DNA from: Daphnia carinata
Taxonomy: Eukaryota
DNA length: 64,000 bases
Direction: 5' to 3'
NCBI RefSeq assembly: GCF_022539665.2
Contig: NC_081331.1
Coordinates: forward strand, 4,154,001-4,218,000
Part shown: positions 14,859 through 28,481 of the stretch, piece by piece
Layout of the letters: every line of letters begins with the position of its first letter
Numbering within the stretch: the first letter of the stretch is position 1
The notes under the pieces: generated by a model
Databases searched by the model: none
The model's input: only the letters and a program-made list of their open reading frames with translations
What the model was told of the DNA's origin: nothing
Translations under genes and position numbers: made by a program

Positions 14859-17734
14859 TTTTTTTTTTTATGTGTGTTGTTTTGCTCACGATTTCTTTTC
14901 GATCTTAATTAAACGATTTCTTTCTTTGTTTTGATCGAGCGAAATTCACCTACACTTCAGAGACGCACTGTCGTAAGGCACTGAAGTCGAAATCCAATGA
15001 CGACGCACCGTCGAATTACAAAACAAAATCACACGATGATGATTGAGAGAGGAAGGGATGTATAGAATTGTAGGGAATTTTTTAATGGGGCAAATGAGAC
15101 GGCCGGCAAAGCTGTGATCGTGTACTCTTTCTACTGGCAGATGTGTCGACACGATCGACAAACGGCATCGGCTCTTGGTGGAGTGTCATTCCATCTCTCG
15201 ATGCCCAGACGTCAGCAGAGGGTCAATTTGAAACAAAATTGCCTTTCGATTTCTAATTCCAATTTTTTTTTTTTTTTTTTTTTCAAATAACTCTGTTTTT
15301 TTTTTACGTCTTTAAAAAATGAATTTCGTTTGCTCTTTGATGATAAAAAAAAAATTGCAAAATCGGGAAAACTCAGAAAAGGAAATAAAACTGCGGATCG
15401 TGTGGGAGGTGTGTAAGTGGTGAATAGCGTGGGTTATCCGACAGGAAGGTAGCGGAGAGACGATCTCTCGACACCGGCCGATGAGGTATCTGTGATGGAA
15501 CTGGCAGCAATCACCGAACCACCAGCACTCTGTGAAACTGAAGAGTAGGAGGCGATGGCGGAGGCGGGGTAGTAGTAGTGGTACTAGCAGTAGTAGTAGT
15601 CCACCAAGTGGATGAGGAGGAGGAAGGTGACGTTGGGAGAGCAGAAGAGCGGATCGGATCGGAGGAGAGGTGGGTCATTTAAAATCAGGGGGGTTTGGAA
15701 AAAAAAAAAAAAAAAAAAAAAAAAAAGGTAAGGTATATAGACAACACTAAAGGGAATATTTAAAAGAAGGGGGAGGGTGGGTCAGTCCAGGTGGATTTTT
15801 TTTTTTCTTCTTCTCCTCTTCTTGTTATACTGAGCGCCTCTTCTTTTTTTCAGAGGAAAAAAGAATTATTCTGGGATATGTTGTCACAACAATGTGTCTT
15901 GACGGACTGAGATCTAAAGTCCGTACCGGTGGGTACATCAGACACACTAGACACAGAGGAAGAAAAGCACAGGGCGTACAAGCCGAGACGTACAACACAC
16001 ACAGCAGGGTGGAGGCGGGGGGAAAGGAGGCAGCACCCGACCTCCCAGTAGAGAAGAGAGAAGGAGGTTATAATATTTTTTTTTTTTTTTCTTTTCTTTG
16101 ATAGAGGGGGGCAAAGAAAAGTTTTTGTTTTTTTTTGTACCTTTTTCTGGTGTAGTTTCACCTTCTTCTTTTCGCTGTAGTGAAAGAAGGGGGGGGGGGT
16201 TCTGTGGGGTGCGCTCACGGGTGCGCATATTTCTCTCCTATGGGTGGGCACCCACAACAACGGTGTAGGCAGGGCTTTGGAGGTATGGACTTCCCCACAT
16301 GTGAGCTCCTCCCTTTGCGTTTAGACTCCTCCCACATCCACCGGCAGCATCCATTTCAAAAAGCCCCTGCTCATTGTGTGGCATTGCTTACAGATACATA
16401 CACATACGGGTGTAGTGTGTATAGTTTCGATAGAACCGAACCGGAGAGTCCCTCCCACTTGACCACCACTACACCGGCAGTGCTCTGCGTGTTTTTTTGT
16501 TTTGTTTTGTTTTTACCCGAGGCAGAGACACCTATAAAAAGCTGATGCCACACAACCAAAGAGATAGTCAAGATAGGGCGAAACGCGTACAACAAACAGC
16601 CAGCGAAGAAATCAAGCAAAAACCCCTGCAGAGGTGCCGAATGCGCCATCAAAAAAACATCATAAGAGAAAGAGACGATTTTTCTTACCTTTTGTCGCCT
16701 CTTTCATTCTTTTTTCTATGCCTTTGCTTTGATGGAATGAGATTGAAACCCATCAAAACACATACGCGTACCGACTACATGTTTCAAGTGCTAATGTGGC
16801 CCTTTTTTTTTTTTTTTTTTTTTCCTTTGCTTCGCCCTTTATGAGATGATGGGCGGTTTACTTGTAGAGTTGCTCTCCTGAGCTTTTCCACGTTCATTCA
16901 ATTGTGTTGCTGTTTTTTTTTTTTTTGTTCTCTTTTACCTCGTACATTAGGAAGGAAAAAAAAAATAGAGAGAAAACTGTAATTAGATTTCATTATTTAT
17001 GAATCGCTCTTCTTATCACCGCCCTCCTCTCTTCCTTCTTTTTTTTTTTTTCTTCCTCCGCCAACGAAGAAGAAGAAAAAATAAAATCAATGACGAAGCT
17101 GAAAATGTTTTTTGTTTCCCCTCTTGGGTCTTGTAGTACTAGAGCTATATATCTCTGGCGTTCTCCTATGTTTTTTTTATTTTTATTTTAAGGAACTTTT
17201 CTTTTTTTTTCTTCGAGTGCCAACAAGGGCAACAATTTAGAAAAAAAAAAAAAAAAAAATAGAAAATGATCGTTAAAAAGAAAGAGAGAATTCGGTGTGT
17301 GTGTGTGTGTGTGTACATTTATTATTCCTTTACGAGTGCGTAAATTGTTGTGTATGCGTGTGCGTCCCTCTATACCTTGTGGGTCTTGCGGGTACCTACG
17401 CTATTTGACTTTGATTCCGTTTTATTATCATTTTCTTTTTCTTGTCTTTCTTTCTGCTCTCTTTAAATAAAATAAAAAATACCCAAATCATTTCTGTTTT
17501 CTTCAGCACCCGCCCAATCTCTCTACCGCCAATGATGATTACCTATTTAGGTGTGTATTTATAGATGTGGCAAAGCTTGCGCATGTGTCCCGAGATCCCG
17601 CCCGAAAAGACGTGGAAGTAGTGAAACAAAAAAAAAAAATGCTGCTTGATTCTTTTTTTGGTTTTGTTTTTTTAATGGCGCTCTTAGCGGCCTTTTTGGA
17701 AGAAAAAAGAAAATGATGGCAACCGCCATCAGTT

Positions 17735-17743
17735 GACCACCCA
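17735..17743 (+). promoter_or_regulatory. Perfect Gli/Ci consensus site upstream of hh
   Basis: GACCACCCA exact match, ~2.9 kb upstream of the hh ATG; function not shown. Confidence 0.4.
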
Positions 17744-19962
17744 CTGGCGCTAAATGCAAAAAAAAAGAAAGAAAAAGCATTTTTCTTATTTCTTTTTATT
17801 GTATGTCTATTTCTTCTTTGAGTTGATGGTCGTACGAAATGAACGAGGACGTTGGCAGACAAAACAATCGAGAACAAAAAAAAAAATGGCATTGAAAATG
17901 TAAATCAATAGATATTCTGCAATTGCATTAAAATTGAGTACACCGTCCATCAATGCAATTCTTTCTAATCATAAGTGTTCGACATCGTGTCATTAAATGG
18001 GTTGGCGAAAAAAAATACAAACAAACAATTCCGCATCATTCCGCACGATATCCCTCGTTGACCGAAAAGGGGGGGGGGGGAAGAAACGTCACGACTAAAG
18101 AGGCTTTTATACTATAGAGACAGTTGTTGTTGTTGTTGTCACACGGGTCAGTACACACAAACAAGAGACACCTATACAGCCGACAAGAGACGACCACCTC
18201 CACACCCGCCCGTTTATACCTGCCCGATTGTCTCCAGTGCACCTGGGCTAGGTATCTCGGATAACCTCGATAATCTTGTGGCCCAGCTTTTTCAATTAAA
18301 CTCGGCTTCTGAAAGAGGGGATAAGGAATACGATCACCTTCCAAATCTTGTTACCTTTTAATTTTCGTTTGTGTGTGTGTGTGTGTGTACTGGACTTCAA
18401 AAGGAAATTGTGAGGCATTCAAAGAAAACGGCTCAGAATAAAATGTTTTTGTTTTCGCCCGGTTGGAACTTAAACTTGGGAATCTAAACAGGACCTTTTT
18501 CTTATCCATCCGTGTGTTTACGCGTAGGGTACAAAGTACAAAAAGTCATGGAAGAATACACAACAAGGGAGTGGCAAGTGCCACGAGTTTTGCCTCTTTC
18601 CAGACGGCCGGACGTCTCTTGATCGACAGCCACCGTCTTTTCGCTGTTTCGACACACCATTTTCTACGTAGAGCAAATGTTTCATCAGAGCGTCTGCCTG
18701 TGTTTGTAAGTCATGTAGAAAAAGAGAAGATAAAACAATGGAAAAGAAACCTCTTTCAACCCCACTGTTGTATCGTCCATTTCAAAATTCTAGTCCAGTC
18801 TGCCCAAAAACAAGAAAATTCCCAGCAAAGAGGGCGACACCCCACCCAACTTGCGGCCACACACACGGCTTTTTTTTTTTTCTTTCTTTGCCGCAAATAA
18901 GTAGGAAAAATAAAGAAAGAAAAAAAAAAAAAAAAGGGAAAAAGCGATTTTCCGAAACACTTACAGAAACACACAAACACGCGCCGCCACACAGCGACCG
19001 CCGCCGCTGTTGCGGTTCTTCCCTTTTTTTTTTTACACTTTTTTTTTTTCTTTTCGTGAGGTAAACATACACATCACGGAGAGACGATGATAACACCATT
19101 CGGCCTTATTCGTCCTTCCACACAACTGTACCCCGATCGGAGCAAAAACACGTCGAGTGGACGGATGGAGAAAGCGGTCCGGACATATACAAGACGCGGC
19201 GCCGAGAGAGTTGGACGCGTGCCGCCGACGCCTAGAAAACAGAAAAAAAAAGGGACTAAGAGAGAAAAGGAACAGCATCCAGCAGGTGACGGGCCGTTGA
19301 AAACACACGGACGTGTCTTTTTTTTATTTTTTTTTTTCCCTTTCTGTTGCAGAGCGCGCCTTATTGGACTTATCTTTGGTCTGCTGGCCGCGCCGCAAAC
19401 ACGGCACAAAAAGGCGGTTACAATGTAACACACTATCACGTATACAATCGAGGGTTAGACGAAGAAAGAGAGGGTGGTAAATAAGAAAAGAAATTCAAAA
19501 AAGAAATTCCATCCCCCCGTTGAAAAGAAGAAGAGCGGCCTTTTTATTTTCCCCGTGTCTATGTGTGTTTAAAAAGCTAAAGCGGAAAGCTGTTTACGCA
19601 GACATGCGGACCTACTGGTCAAGCACACACACACACACACACACACACACGGGTGAAAAACCAATGCAGTCACTATGTACATTTTTTGTTTTTCCCCTCC
19701 CTAAATATCCCGACTGGGTCCGTGGCAGATGCGGTCAAATAAAAACAGACTATATACACACAACAGATTTCTTTATATTCGTTGTACTTTTTGGGTGTTC
19801 CTTTTTTCGGTCTCTCTTTTTATTTCGCTTCACACTCTTTGTGTGTGTGTGCAACCGGAAGGACGTGCATTTCCCCATCGTCGATTCTGACGACAGCAGA
19901 AATTTTCGTAGAAAAAAGCTTAGATGCAGTTGGGGGACCTTATAGCGCTTTGCTCCGGGTTC

Positions 19963-19966
<4 letters not shown>

Positions 19967-19999
<33 letters not shown>
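19967..19999. repeat. (TG)n microsatellite; similar CA/TG tracts at ~1420-1460, 17296-17313, 18370-18388, 19624-19650
   Basis: Direct dinucleotide runs. Confidence 0.9.
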
Positions 20000-20000
<1 letters not shown>

Positions 20001-23000
20001 GGCAACTTAACGCTTATCGATATCAATCTGGGGCTATAGCCGACCGCCTACATGGTCCATACATATGTACAGTCCATTATATTCTTTGGAAAAAATAAGA
20101 AAAGAAGGACTTTTTGACATGGAGCAAAGGCCAAAGGCAGAGGAAATGACTGGCCGCGCTGTGGCTTCTTAAAGAGAGGACCCCCTGTCGTTCAGTCGCA
20201 GAAGGAGGCCGTCATGAGCTGGTTTTTTTTTCTTGTGTGTGGGAAAACACCGAGACATTCCAACACACACATAGCTCGTCCTCACCGCTCTCTCTCTCTC
20301 TCTCTTTTTGCTCCTGTCTCATCTCTACAACTGTGCCTAAATAATCATAAAAATGTACACACGGTACATGTAGAAATGGGACCATACAAAAAAGGTCGAA
20401 CAGAACAAAACAAAATAAAAATGGACCACATAAAGACACCCAAATGAAAAAAAAAAGGGGGCAAAAAAAAAAAAAAAAAAAGTGCGCACCCATCAGTGAG
20501 ATTTATGAGTCTTGGCTTTGCGCTTTTATCTCTTGGACGACGCGGCCGCTCGGCACTGAATGATAATTTTCTCAATAGCCTCCACCCACCCTATACATTT
20601 TATTCTTTCTGCCGACCAATGTATGCACAACAGAGTGAAAAAGATTATACTTTGTTGTTTTTTTTTTTTTTGCTCAGTAGAATAACGGGCATTTTTTTTT
20701 TCCTTCAGGTAATTATTAACCGATTCCAGCGCTCTAGAAGGCAGCATCTATTAAGGTGGCAGAGCCTCCCCCCAAAAAATAATGTAGAACTGGAATAGAA
20801 TAGAAAAGGGTGCCCTTGCTCCACAATATTTACTGGACGAAGAAAAACAAAAAATGTTGGGCTGTTTGGCGGTACATTTTTTTTTTTTTTTTTTTTTTTG
20901 ACGTCCGACATCGACCTGCTTCCGACATTCCATCGCCTTTTGATCCGGTCCTGCACAGCAGAAGTCGTCGCCGAATTTTCCGCAGTCGAAAAATGTTCTG
21001 TCAGTGGCGTTGTACGACAAGGCCAAAATGTCAAAAGTCTTGTAGGCAGTAGAAAAGAAGGCCGAAGGATTTATCAAAAGAAATCCTTTTTCTTCCTGTT
21101 GCAGGTATCGATGATGGCAGGATAGGGAAAAAGAGAAGATGGGAATGAAGGAATTATAAAAAAAAAAAAAGCGTTTGCTACTAATCTCCTTTTAAAGAGG
21201 ACAACATTCTTTGGATCCGGTTGTACATACAATACATACTACATATGTACATATATTTATATCGACGTATCACACACAGCCCCTCCTTTTGAGAAAAGAG
21301 AAAAAAAAATCAAAATATTCGACTGGAAGATGCATTCGTATGGAACCCACACGTATAGAGGGAAGACCTAAAGAAAAATGTTTGATGTCGGATCTTTTTC
21401 AAATCTTAAAGCAATGAGGCCGATCAGGTGAATGATACCCAAGGGTCAATCCTTTTTCTCCGGCTTTACTTTCTTTGACCGTCTTATTTTTTTTTGTTTT
21501 GTTTTCCATCCCTTAGCGTTTATACCCTTCATTTAGTTCTTATTTTTTTTTTTTTTTCTACTGAAGAAGGTTTGTTTCGGTTCTGGCTGTCTGGATCAGT
21601 TTGAACTGCTGGCCCAACAAGAGCTCGGCGTTGATCGACAGGGAAAATTCAGGCAATTCTTTTCCCATCTTGTCCGCAAAAAATATAAAAGAGAAAGAAG
21701 ATTGAAAGGTTGAGCCAATATTCTGTTAAGAACGAGGACGTGTCTCATGGATTTTTCAAAACAAAGATCCTCAGATCATTTTCAAAGATTATCAAGAACC
21801 CACTCTGTGACTCTTTAACATGTTGAAAACTACGGAACATGAAGTCGTCTTTCTCCAGTCGACATTTCTTGAAATGAATATCTTTAAGATCCTTATCGCT
21901 AACAAGCGATTGACCCAAAATCATCCGCTTTTTCGAAAATCTTCTCGCATAATGTTAAATTATCATGTACGCAGAATATTGAATGAATACCACACGTATG
22001 GAAAGGCAGTGCGGAAATTCATTCATTGACATTTTTTCCCTCCAAAATCTACTATAAATTTATACACACTCGGCCTGAGCTGGGTATATCTATTTTTATG
22101 GTCCACCCCGAAAGCGTAGTCTAATCGTAATGCGGTGTATAGCCTCCTACTGTATAGCTATAGGCAATAAAAAGTATTTAAGGAGGGAAAAAAAAAAAAA
22201 AAATAGAAACTTTACAGCCGTAAAGAGAGAGACTATAAGACCCAATCAAAGAAATATGAAGACAATTGAGGGTTGTCTCGTTTCCCAGTATTTATTGGTT
22301 CGAACAGTTTCATTCTCAAAAATCAAAAAATTAATTCCCTTCATTTCGTTTTAATGAAGTTTACTATTTATGTACACGCATACAATAAAACAAGTCCGGT
22401 GTATACTGTTCCTATTGGGTGGCCGTCCCCACTGAATTTCGAAATGCCATTCATCCCATTTTAGATGAGAACCTACTTGTTTACAATGTGCAAGTAACTT
22501 GATTGAAGCGCATGTTCAATTCAAATGTCTACATTTTCACCTTCTGACGCTAGGCTAAACACAGACAAAACATAGTAAACAAACTTGACACTCCATACAC
22601 AACACGGACACGGGCAATAACAAAAAAAAAAAAAAGAAGAAAATCAACGAACAGCTCAGAAGGGTTGGGTTTCCATCATGCGGCTATTGTTTCTTTTGCT
22701 TTTTGCATGCGCCGGAAAGAGAAATTCCAGGCTCCGGGGAATGTGTATATTGCCATATCGGATGCGGAAATAAGGCGGTTGTATATCGCTGCTGCGGGTT
22801 AAAGAAACATGTAAAGCAACACACATTTTTACAGCCTGTTATTATTATAACTAATAATAATAATGGACATGGCGATCTTCGTCTTTCGCTGACCTATACA
22901 GGATTATCTTTTTACGAGCCGCCACTGCATTTTTAGTTATTACTCATTGAAACATGGATACTTTATAGCCGGCGACCGCGCGATAAACTTAATCCTGATG

Positions 23001-25460
23001 GTTTCCATTTTTCTCTCCTTTGACCCTTCGCTTATATTTTATATACGTGTACGTAGAGTCTATGTTCGGAAGTATCCGTCTACTGCTTAGCTTTCCATCA
23101 TCATCATCGCTGATGTTGAATGCATCCACCGGCTGTCCTGTTTTCGTTAAAATTACTTTAACGGCTACGGCATTGTGTCCTGAATAGTTTGCAGTTGATG
23201 GGGGTTAAAGGTTCATCATCTCTCATCATTGGTTGGTTGATTGACTTGACTGCTGACCGTTATTTCAAATTTTATTGCATTTCTTGCTTGTTGGCCTTAA
23301 TTCCGGCGCGGATAGAGTTTAGTGGTTTACAAGTGGCTATTATACATTGAAGCAAACAGGGAATCTTTGAAGGGAAAAGCACTTCTTTCTAGTTTTTCGT
23401 TTTTTTGTCTTTAGATCGTTTTGTTTTGTTTTTATTATTTTGAAAAAAAAAATTTTGTGTGTGTTCTGTCATTTTCTTTTCCCGGTTTTCAGTGGAATTG
23501 AACGGTTCCCCGGCGCGCCACTATTAGCACCCGACAACCCAAATATTGTGGAATGGGTCGCCAAGGCTTGTTGGAGGATTTATAAAATAACGAAACACGA
23601 CCTCTGCTTTTGAAACAGGAACTGTTACAACATTTTACGGCGCTTCCACTAGAAAAGCCGTAAAAGAAAAGTGGGCAGTCGGTGTAAAACAACGCCGACT
23701 TCCCGCAACCACTTCTTAGTTCTTACACCAGCAGCGGGAAACCTTGATTACAAGCTATAACTTACAATCAAATATGCCGTTTAACGGCTGGCTGATTCTC
23801 TTTTGCCGAGAAGCAGTCCAGCCCCAGCAGCTAGTCAACGAGAGGGAGATTTCAAATGCAGCTATATACGACTAGCTATACTATAGGCCAAACTACTAAA
23901 TGGGATTGTTTGAATCTGTTTACCCGCGCAGCTCTTCTCGAAAATCCTTCGGATCGGACTGTTTGTTTCATTAAAGGACAAAGAAAACAAAAACAAAACT
24001 AAATTCCTTATTTTTCTTTTTGTTGTTTCACTTGTTTAGTTTTTTTTTTACGATCCTTCTCCGTCCCCCAACGTTTTCATTTTTTTTTTTTTTTGATTCT
24101 GGAATCACGGTCAGCAATTTCCTAACGACCAAGCGCGCTAAATAGAATTTAATACAAGACAATAAAATTTTTTAAGAAAAAAACCAAAAACAAATGAAAC
24201 AACTTTTCTTTTGTGCTGCTGCATTCTTTTCTTTCTCGCCTTTTTAACGGTTTGTATACACACATGCAGCAGTCACACGAATGCTGACGGCGACTATAGT
24301 TGTGCCGATAAAAATATGAGATGTGCTCCGTGTGATGTGTCAGCATCAGCGCACCGCTTTCTCTGTGACAGAGGCCCATATTTTTCGGGATTGACGCCAC
24401 ACTTGATATCAAACTGTAGCAACGGGTTACGCAGTTATTGTCGCTGTATTTGTATGTTTATTCTATTTGCTCCGGCAAGCAGATAGACTCGCTATCGTTC
24501 CCTGCGCCACCGCGATTTTGTTTAGTTTTATTGTGTTGTTCACAATGTGGCGTCGATTTCAACTAACACGAAGAATTTATGGCAGCTCTTTCTCTTTCCT
24601 CGTTATTTTGGCTCTATCCACCAGCAGCACTTCGTATACAAGCCACGGCGGGAAAAAGAAAGGGGGAATAGAGAAACAACAGCATCTAAAATACAAACGC
24701 ATTAGCCTGAGGATGACGACTCTTGGTCCAAGTCATGGGAAAAGGGGCGTCAAACTCGACTATCTTTCGTGTGTATGCCTCGCAACTCTTCATTGTGGAT
24801 GGAAAAGCTGGAATGCTGGGCCCGCCAATCACAATAGCGCGGTCAGTGCTTTGACAACAGGTCCCAATCAGAGTTGTGCGAAAAGCTTTTTAATTGCTCC
24901 TAGAATGCCATCCACTCTAAATGCTTTTTTCTTCATAGGAAGATGACACAATGGAAAGAATGAAGAAGACGAGTTATTTCCTACAACAGTCATGAGCCTA
25001 TGTGTTTACAATGAACAAGATGATGCGCTCGAATGACATCGAAACTTTCAGTAGAACCTGACAGCTTCGATGTTTGCTTTCTTTTTATTTTAGATTTTTT
25101 TTTGCCCTGTACCAGCGCTGTGCCTGACGTAAATTTTGAATTGCTAACGTAATCCTGTTAGAGGCAATTGAAGTTCAATCCTACGTGAAATTTGGACTCG
25201 CATGACGAGTCGGAATTTCAAACGAAAAGACCAACAGTGCGAGTCTAGTATGACATCTCCTGGTAAAAATCTTAAACACGTAGTGAAAGCATATTTTTTT
25301 GTTCCAGTCGACGGTCACGCTTATAATTGTTATCACTTACAAGAAGCCTAGATGCCTGTATTCAATCTAAATAGAATCTGATTAGAACATCCGTTCTGTT
25401 ACTTTTGGGGAATTGTAGATTTTTGCAGTTGATTTCCTTTCTAGCCTTGCAACATGTCTA

Positions 25461-25532
25461 AGGTCCCACCGAGATTTGAACTCGGATTGCCAGATTCAGA
25501 GTCTGAAGTGATAACCATTACACCATGGAACC
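25461..25532 (-). tRNA. tRNA-Gln (anticodon CTG)
   Basis: Reverse complement GGTTCCATGGTGTAATGGTTATCACTTCAGACTCTGAATCTGGCAATCCGAGTTCAAATCTCGGTGGGACCT; 72 nt, paired anticodon and T stems, closely matches metazoan tRNA-Gln; one D-stem mismatch. Confidence 0.88.
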
Positions 25533-25620
25533 TTTACAAACTTTATTGTCCCTGTATTAACAATCAGTAATGTTTGAACTTGGAGACATAGAAAACTGGA
25601 ACCACAGTTCCGTGAAAAAT

Positions 25621-25692
25621 AGGTCCCACTGAGATTTAAACTCGGATTACCAATTTCAGATTCTAGGGTGCTAACCATGACGCTATGGAACC
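25621..25692 (-). pseudogene. Degenerate tandem copy of tRNA-Gln(CTG)
   Basis: Same 72-nt frame 160 bp away; T-loop TTC changed to TTT, mismatched anticodon stem (CTAGA/ATTGG), altered A-box. Confidence 0.8.
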
Positions 25693-25860
25693 ATGGAACA
25701 ATTACTCTACTCTACAAAGAAACAAGGAAAAATGGGGAGGAATGTTTTGTGTCCATTATGTTGTACATTTGCTTGTTAAATATGCATGGCACAACAAATG
25801 AATTTCAAATATGTTGTAGAGGTTTTAGTGAACTGGCTGTTCCGTGCGCCTTATTTTAGG

Positions 25861-26111
25861 CAGTGTATTGGATTTTAACAAATCAGATCCTCAAATAAAA
25901 TCAAATCCAAATCACATCATTTGCCGATGTGGATTAAATTGGATTTTACTGGTTAGGTTAGTTAAAGTTAGCTTAGGTTAGTTTAGGTTAGATTACTCGA
26001 GGACTTTTGCTGTCTTGAATGATTCAAAAATCCAATGCAAATCCGCAAATAATTGGATTTGCTTCGGATTTTTTTTTTTGCGGATTTGATTTGCCAAAAT
26101 CCTATACACTG
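25861..26111. mobile_element. hAT-like MITE (251 bp)
   Basis: ~30-bp imperfect TIRs CAGTGTATTGGATTTTAACAAATCAGATCC / CAGTGTATAGGATTTTGGCAAATCAAATCC; flanking 8-mers ATTTTAGG (25853-25860) and ATTCTAGG (26112-26119) match 7/8, as expected of an 8-bp TSD; internal AATCC/GGATT subterminal repeats; no transposase ORF. Confidence 0.8.
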
Positions 26112-26409
26112 ATTCTAGGGTTGGTAAAAATCTGACGATCTTCCTTAGGGAAAAAATTGCAAAAAAAAAGCCAAAAAACAAACAAAGATGTGAAATTTTA
26201 GACTTTGGAAAAAATATCCTGGTTTTCCTGAATTTTACTATCGAAATAAAAATAGTATAAAACCCTAGAAGTGCAATCACTGCCCGTTTGATTACAGCTT
26301 TCAATTATTGGTATTCCGACGATGCCAGTTTGGGTGGGTGTTTGGCAGCCTGGTTTAAACTGAAACAAACGAGCGTTGATGTCAACAATCAACAAAGCTG
26401 CTAGTGAAA

Positions 26410-28481
26410 ATGGCGTCTACTTCTGCAGCCTTAGAAGGTCTACCAAAACAATTTGTGACATCAATGAAAACTTTGTTTGAAATAATGGACGATAGGAATA
26501 GTGGATACGTGAAACTTACAGGTATGCATCTTCTAATAACTAGCATATGTATGCATGGTATTTCGTAAGTCCTTTGTTGTTTGTATGTATTCCTGATTCC
26601 GACTGCACGATTTTAGATTTTCTTGGTTTTTCTTTGACTTTCTTGCATGTAATTGTTTGCGTTGAATTTCACCAGATTTGGAAAATTTTTGGAGTGAAGA
26701 AGGCCTCTCAGGCCTTCCCAAAGGTGTTATTGAGAGTTTACGTAAAGTGACACCTACATCTGGCTTGCTTTCATTTGAAAGGTTTTGTGCTGGCCTGAAA
26801 ATTTGCCTCCTTAGATATCAAGTATTGACCAACAATGCCATATCAAAAACTTCCTTTAACCATTACTTTTTCAATTTAAATTTTTAAAGTCTGATCAACA
26901 GAAAGTTGATCTGAAAGTTCCTCTGCGGTCTCCTTCTGCCCCTATTTTGGATCTAGAAAATGGGTCCACCCCACCACCAATACCTCCACCCATCCATCCT
27001 CGTAGTCCCACAGCCACTGTAAGGCCAAACAATGCCCTTATGCTACATAGCAGGACACTCAGCATGCCTTTATTGGCAGCCAATCAACAATCCACAACTG
27101 AAGAAGAGCCACCTCCTGTACCAGTGCACATGAGAAAACCAGAAACTTCCATGGCAATAAAAGAAAGAAGAGCTGGCATTCATAGTGTTTATGGAAATGT
27201 TCCATTATTCAGGAATACTCCACCACCACTGGTAAATGTTCAAAGTTAAAACTCCTATAGAAGTATAGAAAATTCATGGATTTTCTATTGGTTTACACCC
27301 AATACATTTTCCTCAGGTACCTATGATGGGGCCGCCGAAACCTCCTCGTGTACTGCAATCTTCAGCTCCTCAGAATAACGTTATCACCAATGGAGCTCTG
27401 ATGATGAGAACGCGTTCTGAAATATCGGCCCGTACTATGGCTTCAACCAAGGGTACTTCAATTGAAAATAAGAACCCCTTACCGGTGGCCTCGATAGCAG
27501 AGAGATTAATAGCCAAAGCTGAAGTAAGAACTGCACTCCAACAATGGCAATTGGCTCAAATGGATTCTGAAAAAAATGGGTTATTTATTTACATAGATTT
27601 GTTATTGTTCATTTAACTAAAATATCCACGCCATAAATTTACGGTTTCAGAGGAAATAATAAAGGCGTTGTCAGTGGAATATCCGGCAAAAAGAGAGAAC
27701 CACGGCGACATACTTTACAGAACGGAATTGACCAGAGCATGGTGAGTTTACTATATGTGTACCTGTAAATCTGTCTCCAGTTTATATAAATTTGATTTTT
27801 TTTAGTTACGCAGGATTCATATGTTAGAACAGGAACGGCAAGTGCTTACTAGTGGTTTGCAGGCATTGGATAGAGCCAGGGATTGGTTTAACTCTCAGTT
27901 GATCGATGTTAAAGATAGAATCGAATCATTTGGAAAATCGGCAGTTGGCTCACATGTAATTTCTAGGAAAACATCATTCAAAAATTTTCTCTTTTGATTT
28001 GTTATGACGTTCTTTTACCTCGTTTAGGATTATTCAACCGACGCAGCGTCAGAACGTTTGGGTTTCAAAATCTCTCGAATTGAAGAAGTTAGCCGGCAGC
28101 TCCTTGTACTTATTGAGAATGCTGATCGCGGATTCCCTGCCCATATGAATCTTGCTTTGGCCGATCGTAAAAAAGTTGCAAAAGCTCCTGGCGATGGAGG
28201 TATTGATGAAAACAACGAAGAGGAAGTCAACCGTATCCTCCGTCGTTTAAAAATTCAGAATCATCAATTAACCGAAGTATGATTCCCTAAGCATACCACA
28301 GTGATTTAAAATCATAACACTTTTATTTTACATCTAGGAGGTTGGCCGAAAAAGTGAACGAATAACTATGCTAGAAAAGGAAAAAGGATCTCTCATACGC
28401 GAACTTTTTCAAGTCCGAAGTCAACCATCTAACAGAGCAACCAGCAGCCATCATTTAGCTGACGATAATACGTTGATGTGA
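26410..28481 (+). CDS. SAPCD2: Suppressor APC domain-containing protein 2-like (multi-exon)
   Basis: N-term LEGLPKQFVTSMKTLFEIMDDRNSGYV...GLLSFERFCAGLKICLL; RRHTLQNGID; LEQERQVLTSGLQALDRARDWF; RLKIQNHQLTEEVGRKSERITMLEKEKGSLIRELFQ; ends DDNTLM*; canonical short introns. Confidence 0.88.

Noticed and set aside
15536..15541. TCAGTT initiator on the minus strand as the hh TSS
   Set aside because: Common hexamer; no correctly spaced DPE or TATA to support it.
600..25200. Many 60-245 aa ORFs in the hh intron and upstream region
   Set aside because: Poly-Lys/poly-Phe/CV-repeat translations of homopolymers and microsatellites; no domains or consistent exon structure.
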